DNA of 64,000 nt from a virus (Duplodnaviria > Caudoviricetes): positions 6,928-70,927 of the IMG/VR virus record IMGVR_UViG_3300012971_000020; one strand, written 5' to 3'. Under the pieces are notes generated by a model. It worked only from the letters and a program-made list of their open reading frames with translations, was not told the origin of the DNA and did no database searches. This document shows positions 19,864 to 27,938 of the stretch, piece by piece. The position numbers were made by a program, and so were the translations under genes. The first letter of the stretch is position 1; each line of letters begins with the position of its first letter.

Positions 19864-19978
19864 GATAGGCAATCCTCCTAGGTTGTATGTCGTGTGAATA
19901 CCGGATTCGTTTGATCTTGTCTACAAACAGAAGGACCCGGACCTGCCGCACGGGGATACGACAGGTCCGGGCCCTCGT

Positions 19979-20977
19979 TCAGGCAGCCCGATCTCCCCCG
20001 ATGATCGGAACGCCTGGCTGCTGACACTCGCGGCGCATCGAGTAGTTCGCCATCTGCTTCAGCGCACCCTCGTTGTGCCGGATCGCCAGCAGCTGACCTA
20101 CCCAACCATCGGGTGTGGGTAGGACACCATGCTCACGGTCATACATCTCCGAGGCGACACACAGGTTGGCCAGCCGGCACCCGTGCTCGTCGATCAGGGA
20201 GATGTTCCCGTGCACTCCGCCACCACCGCGGAGCTCGTACAGACCGCCCTCTGAGCCCCGCACATGGATGCTCTCGGCTTCCACCCACTGGACTCGCTGT
20301 TCGGCCGTCAGAAGCGACAGGAACAGCTCCTCGGCCCTGTTGTGGGCCTCGGTCGCCTGCGCCTGGAGCCGTTGCTGCTGCTCCAGGCGTCGACGGTTCT
20401 CAGCCTCCCGTCGACGCTGCTCGATATCGCGTGTGCGCTGCACCTCGGCTTCGATGACCGCGATGGCTTCGCGGGTCGGCAGGATGGCCTGACGAGCAGC
20501 CTCCTCGACATGGGCGATGGCGGTGTTCCATCGGTTCCAGGTCTCGGCCTGTTCGTCGGTCCAGACGTACCGGAAGTGGTTCCCGGTAGCCGTGGTGGTG
20601 GTCGCGGTCCAGCTGTTCCAGATCTCATCCCTGGTCACGTTGATCCACCCCGCTGTGTTGGTGGTGGTGAGCGTGATGTAGGGCGTGTTGACCGAGGTGA
20701 TGGCAGCACCACCGGCGGTGATGTTCCAGTCGCCCGTGGTGTAGGTGATCCCACCGGTCGGGGCGTACCTCTGCCATGACTGGTCGGAGCCGATCCGTTC
20801 CCAGCCCTGATCGCCTGGCAGAGCTCGAACCGCAGCCATGCGCGCTGGGTGCGTGCGCCGGCCGTACAGGTACCGGCGATGTCGTGCCGGCCAACGCTGG
20901 TCCAAGCAAGGCTGGCCTTCCACGGCTCGACATCTCGGACATGCCGCTGCCCAGACCTTCCGCCGTCGCCTAGCCAC
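19979..20977 (-). CDS. Multi-domain hypothetical protein: N-terminal Zn finger, Thr/Trp-rich linker, coiled coil, Cys-containing C-terminal domain
   Basis: CPRCRAVEGQPC...HPAR; EQRRREAENRRRLEQQQ; HGNISLIDEHGCRLANLC. Confidence 0.65.
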   Translation of the reverse strand: MARRRRKVWAAACPRCRAVEGQPCLDQRWPARHRRYLYGRRTHPARMAAVRALPGDQGWERIGSDQSWQRYAPTGGITYTTGDWNITAGGAAITSVNTPYITLTTTNTAGWINVTRDEIWNSWTATTTTATGNHFRYVWTDEQAETWNRWNTAIAHVEEAARQAILPTREAIAVIEAEVQRTRDIEQRRREAENRRRLEQQQRLQAQATEAHNRAEELFLSLLTAEQRVQWVEAESIHVRGSEGGLYELRGGGGVHGNISLIDEHGCRLANLCVASEMYDREHGVLPTPDGWVGQLLAIRHNEGALKQMANYSMRRECQQPGVPIIGGDRAA

Positions 20978-21212
20978 CGACCAACTGCTTGGTCATGATG
21001 ATCTTCGACTGGGTCGGGTCGAACTCCCGGATCACCTCGCCCTGCTCGCCCTTCGGGTCGACGGTGTAGGCGATCATGCCCTTGTCCTTGGCCTTGTGGA
21101 ACGCCTCCTTCGCGGCCTTGACCTCGTCCTTGTCCCGCGGATCCCACATGATCCGCAGGTCCCCGTCGGCGGTGGGGATGGACAGCATGCTCTTCTCGAG
21201 TACTTCAGTCAT
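20970..21212 (-). CDS. Small protein ending in di-glycine (...KQLVGG)
   Basis: 80 aa, gaaagg SD; C-terminal GG; overlaps the next gene by 8 nt. Confidence 0.7.
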   Translation of the reverse strand: MTEVLEKSMLSIPTADGDLRIMWDPRDKDEVKAAKEAFHKAKDKGMIAYTVDPKGEQGEVIREFDPTQSKIIMTKQLVGG

Positions 21213-21308
21213 CTGTGTTGCCTTTCTGTGTCGGAACAAAGTAAGGCCCCGACCTGATCACCCGTGGGAATCAGGCCGGGGCCTAGGTTCACCCCGGAGC
21301 GGCTCTGA

Positions 21309-21611
21309 TTACTCCGTGGTGAGATCGTGCGGGCACCCGACGTGCCCGGTGGTGATGGGCTTGAAGGACAGCGTCTGGTCGTCCTTCTCCAGCCCCTGCA
21401 GCGTGACCTGCACGACGTGCGTGTGCTCGACCGGGGGCTCGACCATGCCGGCCAGCATCTGCGCGTACTGCCGAGTCGCGGTACCGATGGTCGGGTGGTA
21501 CATGTCCTTGCTGTCTCCGGTGCAGAACAGCCAGACCACGCGGTAGTGGTCAGCGCGAGAGTTCACGCTCGAGGGCGCGCTGGTCTCGATGACGCTGTTT
21601 GATTCGGTCAA
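21309..21611 (-). CDS. Hypothetical protein
   Basis: TTG start after gagagg. Confidence 0.55.
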   Translation of the reverse strand: MTESNSVIETSAPSSVNSRADHYRVVWLFCTGDSKDMYHPTIGTATRQYAQMLAGMVEPPVEHTHVVQVTLQGLEKDDQTLSFKPITTGHVGCPHDLTTE

Positions 21612-21858
21612 GGTTCAGTTCCTCTCTCATGGATTGTCTGCCCTTGTGGAACCCGTGCTCGTAGATGACCTTGATCATCGCGATCCGCTGGACGTGGAAC
21701 CGGACTGGTAGCCCGGTGCCCTCCAACTTCTCGCCGTCTGCACGGCGGATGCAGGGCTCACCCGTCTTGGCGTGGCAGAACTCGCAGGGCAAGTGCCGCG
21801 CCAGGTACTGCATCACCTCATGTGGCACTGGAACGATCTGTTCCCGTTGGGGTGCCAT
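21550..21858 (-). CDS. Zn-finger protein (CxxCxAxxGxxC...HxxR)
   Basis: CEFCHAKTGEPC...HVQR; strong SD. Confidence 0.6.
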   Translation of the reverse strand: MAPQREQIVPVPHEVMQYLARHLPCEFCHAKTGEPCIRRADGEKLEGTGLPVRFHVQRIAMIKVIYEHGFHKGRQSMREELNLDRIKQRHRDQRALERELSR

Positions 21859-22063
21859 CTCCTCTCCTTCCTGGTTGATGGGTTCAACCTCCACCACCCA
21901 CGCCGTGCCATAGCCGGACCCCCGACCGGCAGGCACCACATCCCCCCAGATGCAGGCGTGGGTGATGGGCCATGAACCCATCGTCATGACGGCAGAAGAA
22001 CCGGCCCGGGAGAGCATGCCCCACGGCGTGATGGGCGGGCCGGTCCTACGTCTACTGCGGTGA

Positions 22064-22474
22064 TCAGTCCATCACCATGTACAGCACTGGCGCGCCCGGT
22101 CCGTCCTGCTGGACCGACCAGTTGTAATACACACCGGACACACTCATCGAGTGCGCCGGCTGGATCGTGGTGCTGTCAGCCACCTGACGCATCAGGCCCA
22201 GCCCACCGTGCAGTGCGTTCACCATGCAGCCGGCGGCGTGGAACTCTGCCGGTGTCCTGGCTGCCACCCAGAGCTCGGTGTTGTGGTCCTTCAGCCCTGC
22301 GCTACCTGGTGGCGGGTCGCACTTCTCGTACGCTGCTCGGAAGTCCGGCCGAGCGCCCGGCCCGGCGGGGGTAAACCGGAGCCGGGCGACGGCCAGGAGG
22401 GCGGTGGCGGCAACTGCCACCGCCAACCCGAGGGAAAAGACGACGTACATCGCGCGCCGCTCCTGCTGGGTCAC
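22064..22474 (-). CDS. Membrane-anchored exported protein
   Basis: N-terminal TM (VVFSLGLAVAVAATALLAV); GTGA coupling. Confidence 0.6.
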   Translation of the reverse strand: MTQQERRAMYVVFSLGLAVAVAATALLAVARLRFTPAGPGARPDFRAAYEKCDPPPGSAGLKDHNTELWVAARTPAEFHAAGCMVNALHGGLGLMRQVADSTTIQPAHSMSVSGVYYNWSVQQDGPGAPVLYMVMD

Positions 22475-22848
22475 ATCTCCTCCTTGCCGGGGATGACGAC
22501 CGCGTGGGGACGTACCTGAGCGACGACGTGCTCGGTCACCGCGTCGAAGAACTGGTGGATCCCAGCCTCGACACCGGTGCCGATCCTGCGCTTGGGCTCG
22601 TCGGAGAGCACGAACACCGAGTAGTCGGTGACGTTCGAGATCTCCCAACAGCCCGGGATGTGGAAGCCGGCTCCGATGACCAGCTTCTCGAGGTACTCCG
22701 TACCCCTCTCGCTGACGTGCTTGGTTGGCCTGTCCGCCCCTATCCGCTTGGCCACGGAGTGGATCACACCCTCGGTCTCGAGAACCTTGATCTCGTAGGT
22801 CGAGTTCAGGGTTTCGATCCGGTAGATCGTGCTGATGTTGATTCGCAT
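22471..22848 (-). CDS. Hypothetical protein
   Basis: 125 aa, first gene after leader L2. Confidence 0.65.
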   Translation of the reverse strand: MRINISTIYRIETLNSTYEIKVLETEGVIHSVAKRIGADRPTKHVSERGTEYLEKLVIGAGFHIPGCWEISNVTDYSVFVLSDEPKRRIGTGVEAGIHQFFDAVTEHVVAQVRPHAVVIPGKEEM

Positions 22849-22877
22849 GGGTCTTCCTATCCCTTGGTTTGTTGGTT

Positions 22878-22920
22878 GGGCATGCGAAAGCCCCCGGCAG
22901 TCTCGGGTCTACCGGGGGCT
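22878..22920 (-). terminator. Terminator-like hairpin in leader L2
   Basis: Stem agcccccggtag/ctgccgggggct (G-U wobble only on the minus strand) followed by TTCGCATGCC. Confidence 0.65.
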
Positions 22921-22970
22921 CTCAGGCCTCAGCGTAACGCACACATTCGGGTATGCGGTCGCTGAGACAT
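22878..22970 (-). ncRNA. Putative structured leader or small RNA L2
   Basis: Hairpin gtctcagcg..cgcatac-ccgaat-gtgtgcg..cgctgaggc between the promoter and the terminator. Confidence 0.4.
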
Positions 22971-22976
22971 ACCTAT

Positions 22977-23005
22977 ATATTACCATATTCAGGCTATACA
23001 GGCAA
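22977..23005 (-). promoter_or_regulatory. sigma70/SigA-type promoter PL2
   Basis: TTGCCT-17 nt-TAATAT with an extended TG, in an AT-rich island. Confidence 0.7.
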
Positions 23006-23018
23006 TATATGCACTACA

Positions 23019-23387
23019 TCAGAGGGTTTCGAGCCCTTTTTCGGGGTCGAAACCGGTCCTGGCGATCTTCTCGGCCTTGGCGAAGGTGTCCAGCACCTCC
23101 TGCTTGTCCACGGCCCAGTTGTCGTTCCAGTCCGGGATGGTGTTGGCGCACGGGTGGTTCTTCTTGAAGACCTGCTCCATCAGGTCCTCGAGCTCGACCA
23201 GCTCGGGGACATCCCGACGAACGATCTGGTACTGCTGGTTGTCGTAGCCACGGCTGTACAGGATCGCGCCGATCGCGCAGACCTGCCGGCCGTTCGGACC
23301 GCGCTCGCTGCCGCGCCACCAGCCGTGCTCCTCGAGGTACTCCCGAGAGTCGGCGAGCCAGTCGGCCACTCGCGTCATCATGCCCAT
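23019..23387 (-). CDS. DUF6197-like protein
   Basis: GW.RG...VCAIGAI...IPDWND...QEVLDTF pattern. Confidence 0.6.
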   Translation of the reverse strand: MGMMTRVADWLADSREYLEEHGWWRGSERGPNGRQVCAIGAILYSRGYDNQQYQIVRRDVPELVELEDLMEQVFKKNHPCANTIPDWNDNWAVDKQEVLDTFAKAEKIARTGFDPEKGLETL

Positions 23388-23746
23388 CAGTCGTCCCTCT
23401 CGATCATCTTGATGGCGTGGTCGAAGGTGTCGACCACCTCGGTCTGGGTCCGACCGGGGAAGTCGTTCCAGTTCGGGATGCCGTGCCAGGTCATCCCGGT
23501 CACCTCGACCGCTGCTGCGATCAGCGTGGCGTTGGCGATGCCCTCGGATGCGTCCATGCACACCTTGAACTCACCGCTGCTCAGACTCTCGTTCCTGATG
23601 CCGTAGTAGGCCATGTTGATGGCCTGGGCGGCACATACCTGCTTGCCGTCGTCGGACATCGCCGTGCCTTGCGTCCAGCCCCTCTTGACCAGCTCCTTGG
23701 CCCGGGTCAGGACGTTGATCACTTGCTCCCTCAGTGGTGCGTACAT
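23387..23746 (-). CDS. DUF6197-like protein (tandem paralog)
   Basis: GWTQG...VCAAQAI...IPNWNDFPGRTQTEVVDTF. Confidence 0.65.
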   Translation of the reverse strand: MYAPLREQVINVLTRAKELVKRGWTQGTAMSDDGKQVCAAQAINMAYYGIRNESLSSGEFKVCMDASEGIANATLIAAAVEVTGMTWHGIPNWNDFPGRTQTEVVDTFDHAIKMIERDD

Positions 23747-23770
23747 CTGCTTCCTTTCATGGTGGGGGTA

Positions 23771-24238
23771 CTACTCGTCGGGCTCATCCGCGACGTGGGT
23801 GAGCTCCTTCGGATACATCACGACCATCTGGTCGCTGCGTGCGGACTCGGCGGCGGTGACCGTACGGTTCCCCAGCCACCGGTCCACGGTGTCTAGGAAG
23901 GTGGTCAGAAACGACGCCTCAGCGTCCTCTGGATGCTCGTCACCGGGCGTCCAGCCGGTCCAGCGTGTGACTAGCACGCTGTGTCCTTCCTCGGCCTGCT
24001 CGCGGGTTGCGTACCGCATGCAGTCCAGGTCCCTACTCGAATCCGGACCGAAGACCATCGACTCGAAGATCAGCGGCGGACCCTGGCCGAAGCTGTGGTC
24101 GATGCCGATCCACACCGTGCTGATGTGGACACCGCCGGGCAGCTCGGTCCGGCCGATGATCCGTCCGCTGGTGTCTGAGAACAGCCGACCCCACTCGTAC
24201 ATGTCGATCGGCTGACCCTCCATGCCGTAGTAGGTCAT
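23771..24238 (-). CDS. Conserved hypothetical phage protein
   Basis: ISTVWIGIDHSFG.GPPLIFESMVF...RYAT...GH pattern. Confidence 0.65.
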   Translation of the reverse strand: MTYYGMEGQPIDMYEWGRLFSDTSGRIIGRTELPGGVHISTVWIGIDHSFGQGPPLIFESMVFGPDSSRDLDCMRYATREQAEEGHSVLVTRWTGWTPGDEHPEDAEASFLTTFLDTVDRWLGNRTVTAAESARSDQMVVMYPKELTHVADEPDE

Positions 24239-24522
24239 GTCTTCCCTTCGTCCACTCGCTTGTCCCACTCCTTCCGGAAGGCGATCTTCTCCTCCTGGGT
24301 CTTGGGCACCGGATCGTCGTCGTAGGCACCCAGGACGAACTCCAGACCGGCACGGAGCTCGGACTTGGTCGGGTCACGGTTGACCGCCCGCTGGAAGGCA
24401 CGGCGGATCTCCACCACCGCGTCGGCCATCAGGTCGGCCGGCTCATCACCCCAGAGACCGATGGGCTCCTGGCCGGTCATCTGGGAGATGCCGCCGTTGG
24501 TACCTGCGTCCCACCAGCCCAT
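24235..24522 (-). CDS. Hypothetical protein
   Basis: MGWW...WGDEPAD; coupled. Confidence 0.6.
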   Translation of the reverse strand: MGWWDAGTNGGISQMTGQEPIGLWGDEPADLMADAVVEIRRAFQRAVNRDPTKSELRAGLEFVLGAYDDDPVPKTQEEKIAFRKEWDKRVDEGKT

Positions 24523-24995
24523 CACTTCTTCGCCCCTAGCCACGGACCGAGCATCACCTGGGCGTCCTTGAGCGCCGGCTCGAAGCCGTTGTCCCAGGGG
24601 AACAGGCCGTTCATGTCCGGCCAGACCAGCTGCAGGGCCGAGATGTCGCCGAACAGACTGGTGGCCATGGACAACGGGTAGTTGTCGTTGTGCACGTCCA
24701 GCACCTCGACCACCGCCACCGGATGGTTGGCCAGCACCTCCTCGACCAGGCTGTCCGGGGTGAACCGGAAGCCGTCCTCAATCAGGTGTACCGCAGCCCA
24801 GAGCACGCCGTGGGCGTTCTCCTGGGGTAGACCCATCACCACCAGCTCGGGGTGGCTGTAGGTGTGGGTCAAGCCGACCGAGTAGTTCCAGACCACGCCC
24901 GGGTCACCCTGCCGGGGGAAGATGAACATGTCCTCCCAGCCGTGGTCCTCGATGTGCTGGAGGACCGACTCTTCTACTTCCTTCCTACCCTTCAC
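24522..24995 (-). CDS. DUF4262-like protein
   Basis: IEDHGW...WNYSVGL...HPELVVMGLP...ALQLVWPD..G.FPW. Confidence 0.75.
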   Translation of the reverse strand: MKGRKEVEESVLQHIEDHGWEDMFIFPRQGDPGVVWNYSVGLTHTYSHPELVVMGLPQENAHGVLWAAVHLIEDGFRFTPDSLVEEVLANHPVAVVEVLDVHNDNYPLSMATSLFGDISALQLVWPDMNGLFPWDNGFEPALKDAQVMLGPWLGAKK

Positions 24996-25303
24996 GGTTG
25001 TTCCTCTCCTAACTTCTTGCAGGTAGCGCAGACACCGAAGGTGAAGATCACCTGGGTCTCACCTCGCATCCGCACCGTGGTTCCTGTGTAGAAGTCGGTC
25101 GGCCACGGGCAGTAGACACCGCAGTTGTCGCAGGTGCGCTCCCAGTGATCGAACTCCTCCTTGCTGGCGTTCTCCTCGGGCTCGGTGAGCGGAGTCATCA
25201 CGAAGTGCGTGGGCAACTTGCTCACATCCCCCATGTGCTCCTCCATCAGAGCCAGCCGTTGGTCGACCTTGGCGGCTAGCCAGGCCGGCTCTGACTCAGG
25301 CAC
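24992..25303 (-). CDS. Hypothetical Zn-binding protein
   Basis: CDNC...CATC. Confidence 0.55.
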   Translation of the reverse strand: MPESEPAWLAAKVDQRLALMEEHMGDVSKLPTHFVMTPLTEPEENASKEEFDHWERTCDNCGVYCPWPTDFYTGTTVRMRGETQVIFTFGVCATCKKLGEEQP

Positions 25304-25613
25304 GAGCCTTCTCCTCGGCGTAGCGGTAGCCGAGTGCCCAGGCATCCATGTAGATCGCGATCATGAACGCCAGCTCTTCCACGTTGGCATCGGGCCGACC
25401 GACCTGCCGCAGGGCGAACCTGACTCGTTGCAGTGCGGTGTAGGTCAGGGACTCGAAGTCGATCATGGTGGCCACGATCTCGGTGACATCCTTCTTGCCC
25501 TCGCCGGCCTGGCCATCGAACCAGTTGATCGCGCTGGACAGCTTCCAGAAGTCTGGATGCTGCGGGCGCTTGGGGAACCTCGGATCCCGGAGCGGATCGA
25601 TGAACTCACTCAT
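25296..25613 (-). CDS. Hypothetical protein
   Basis: 105 aa, operonic. Confidence 0.6.
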   Translation of the reverse strand: MSEFIDPLRDPRFPKRPQHPDFWKLSSAINWFDGQAGEGKKDVTEIVATMIDFESLTYTALQRVRFALRQVGRPDANVEELAFMIAIYMDAWALGYRYAEEKARA

Positions 25614-25851
25614 CGGGGTTCACCAGCCTGCCGGTGGCATCGACGCCCTCCTTGGTCATCCGCTCCACCTGCTCGGAGATCATCTGCGGGGCGTACTGCA
25701 GCGCAGCCAGCATCACCACCGGGTCCTCGTCGAGATCGAACTCGACGGTGACCCGGACGGTGGGACATCCGATGGTGACCCGGATGCCCATCTCGGTGAG
25801 CTGGGTGTCGGTCTTGAAGATGATGCTGCGGGGATCTTCGTCGATGATCAT
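25606..25851 (-). CDS. Hypothetical protein
   Basis: 81 aa, operonic. Confidence 0.55.
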   Translation of the reverse strand: MIIDEDPRSIIFKTDTQLTEMGIRVTIGCPTVRVTVEFDLDEDPVVMLAALQYAPQMISEQVERMTKEGVDATGRLVNPDE

Positions 25852-26120
25852 CAGTTCATCCCTTGCAGGGAATGGGGACCGGTGATCTCCATCTGGTAGC
25901 CCATCTGACCCAGCACCTCCCTGACCCCATAGAGCAGGTCGCTGATGGCGTCTCGGGGGTCGCCGTAGCCGTGCATCCGCAAGCCGGCCTTGCTGTCGTC
26001 GTTGAAGTAGATAACGGTCTTGATCCCGTCGTACTCACCCTGTTCCAGCGGCGCACACATCTGGTCGATCAGCTCCGACAGCTGGTCGTAGGCCTCGGTG
26101 TGCATGTTCCATTCATCCAT
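25851..26120 (-). CDS. Hypothetical protein
   Basis: 89 aa, gaaagg SD. Confidence 0.6.
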   Translation of the reverse strand: MDEWNMHTEAYDQLSELIDQMCAPLEQGEYDGIKTVIYFNDDSKAGLRMHGYGDPRDAISDLLYGVREVLGQMGYQMEITGPHSLQGMN

Positions 26121-26125
26121 CTTCT

Positions 26126-26350
26126 CTACCTTTCATGGGGGTTCTGGGTGATCACGTAGTCCTGCTCGAGCACGGTCCAGGAGAACTGCGGCTTGCGATC
26201 CGCCTCCCTCTTGATCCGGGCCAGGTTGCCTCGAGGGATGTCCTCGAAGTAGACCCTGCGCAGTTCCTCGTAGGCACCCTCACAACTGCTGTGCAGCGTG
26301 GCGTACAGCCCGGTGTCCTCGTCGTTGGTGACGAGCACGTAGAGCTTCAT
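26126..26350 (-). CDS. Hypothetical protein
   Basis: 74 aa, aggagga SD. Confidence 0.55.
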   Translation of the reverse strand: MKLYVLVTNDEDTGLYATLHSSCEGAYEELRRVYFEDIPRGNLARIKREADRKPQFSWTVLEQDYVITQNPHER

Positions 26351-26358
26351 GACTCCTC

Positions 26359-27606
26359 CTAGATGTGCACGTCGACCACGGCCAGGTACACCTCGTCGGG
26401 CAACCGGTCGAGCAGCTTGGAGAACTCGCGCTCCCAGATGGACTGCTCCTTCTCGTTCGAGACGGTGCCGAACCAGCCCATCCGACCCTGCTCGTGCCAC
26501 TCACCATCGAGGAGCAGCGCGTGGGTCTCGGCTACTCCTGCTCGAGCACGAGCCACATAGGTCTCGCGTCCACCGGTGTGCACGCACCACATCTCGACCG
26601 GGTCGTCCATGAACGGCAGCAGGTTGACCTTCTGCAGGGCCTGGATCCATACCTGGTCGTGGTACTGCCGGCGGGCCTCGTCGATGATCCCGCGACGTTG
26701 GTCGGTCCAGTCCTCGACCGACACCGGAGCGACCACGCTGCGTTGCTCGATCGCCTCCTGCACCGCCTGAGCGTCGGGGGTGCTGGCCTGGGCCTTCAGC
26801 ACGTAGCCGTCGTAGGTCTCGTCCGGGTCCTGGTCGTGGTCGAAGTAGACCCGGCGCACCGTCTCCTGCCAGGACTCCGGCAGCGGCAGACCCACGGTGG
26901 CCTTCTCGAACTCGTCGTAGATCTGGTCGGCCTGAGTGCCGGCCATGGCCCGCATTGCCTCGAAGTCGATGTCGCCCTTGCGCGCGAGATCGGCCCTGGC
27001 CTCGAAGTTCTCGTCCTCGGGATCACCGAAGACGCCACCGTTGCCGAGCACGGCATCCTGGGAGCCGTCGTAGGTCTCGATGGTCTCCTCACCGAAGACC
27101 CGGTCGTCTCCGACTGGATGACCCTCGGTCAGCTTCTTGCGCCACTGGGGGAGCGGGACACCACCCAGGCTGACCTTCGGCTTGAGCTGGTAGAACCCGT
27201 GCCATCTGCCACCGAGCTCCCACCAGTCCCAGCGAGACCGGCGGTTGTAGGTGCACAGGTAGCCGAACCGGTCGTTCTCCGCGTCGTAGATGCCGCGGTC
27301 CCGACCGTTGCTGTGGTACCCACCCACGGCCATCTTGGTCCACTCGTTCCAGGCCTCGAGGTTGCCCTCGGTCACGTACTCCTCGAACGGCGCGATCGGA
27401 CCATCACCATCCTCGGTACACGAGTCTGGGTTGGCCCGGTAGTACTCCACGGCCATCTCGACATGCTGAGCCTCGAGCCACTCGGGGTAGGGCTCGACAT
27501 CCTCTTTGTTCTCATCGAACGGATCGAGCAACCACTCGAGCTGACCCAGTGCTTCTTCTGCTGTTTCCGCATCACGAATCACCACAGTCACTGTGGAGTG
27601 ACTCAT
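26359..27606 (-). CDS. Conserved hypothetical phage protein
   Basis: 415 aa; LDPFDEN...YN..SRWDWWELGGRW...GEWHEQG.MGWFG...VVDVHI pattern; first gene after leader L3. Confidence 0.75.
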   Translation of the reverse strand: MSHSTVTVVIRDAETAEEALGQLEWLLDPFDENKEDVEPYPEWLEAQHVEMAVEYYRANPDSCTEDGDGPIAPFEEYVTEGNLEAWNEWTKMAVGGYHSNGRDRGIYDAENDRFGYLCTYNRRSRWDWWELGGRWHGFYQLKPKVSLGGVPLPQWRKKLTEGHPVGDDRVFGEETIETYDGSQDAVLGNGGVFGDPEDENFEARADLARKGDIDFEAMRAMAGTQADQIYDEFEKATVGLPLPESWQETVRRVYFDHDQDPDETYDGYVLKAQASTPDAQAVQEAIEQRSVVAPVSVEDWTDQRRGIIDEARRQYHDQVWIQALQKVNLLPFMDDPVEMWCVHTGGRETYVARARAGVAETHALLLDGEWHEQGRMGWFGTVSNEKEQSIWEREFSKLLDRLPDEVYLAVVDVHI

Positions 27607-27637
27607 CTTCTCGTCCTCTCATCGGTTGGGGTTATGC

Positions 27638-27691
27638 GGACATGCAAAAACCCCCGCATCCGACGGTATGGCTACCGTCCGACACGGGGGT
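27638..27691 (-). terminator. Terminator in leader L3
   Basis: Long stem with G-U wobbles on the minus strand followed by TTTTTGCATGTCC. Confidence 0.7.
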
Positions 27692-27750
27692 CAGTGCTTT
27701 GACAGGGCTCCTGCCCTCCAGGGAACCGAGGGCAGGCGTCATTAACGCAC
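27638..27750 (-). ncRNA. Putative structured leader or small RNA L3
   Basis: Nested stem gtgc..tgac..cctgccctc/gagggcagg..gtca..gcac before the terminator. Confidence 0.4.
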
Positions 27751-27756
27751 AAGTAC

Positions 27757-27785
27757 ATTATATCAAAAGCACTACAAAAGCACAA
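27757..27785 (-). promoter_or_regulatory. sigma70/SigA-type promoter PL3
   Basis: TTGTGC-17 nt-TATAAT with an extended TG. Confidence 0.7.
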
Positions 27786-27909
27786 TGGCCAGTGACAACG
27801 GATTGTCACCGGCCTTTCGGGAGGATCGATGCCCCGCAGGGCGGGGCCTTACTCGTTGGCCTCCATTGGAGACCTGTGCGGAACCTCCATGAGCTGAGCT
27901 CATACGTAT

Positions 27910-27938
27910 ATATTACTACAAACACGACATGCAGTCAA
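27910..27938 (-). promoter_or_regulatory. sigma70/SigA-type promoter PL4
   Basis: TTGACT-17 nt-TAATAT; spacer contains ATGTCGTGT at the same offset as in PL1. Confidence 0.75.

Noticed and set aside
20970-21212. Pup or UBact homologue
   Set aside because: Ends in VGG, not GG(E/Q), and is not an acidic disordered sequence like Pup.
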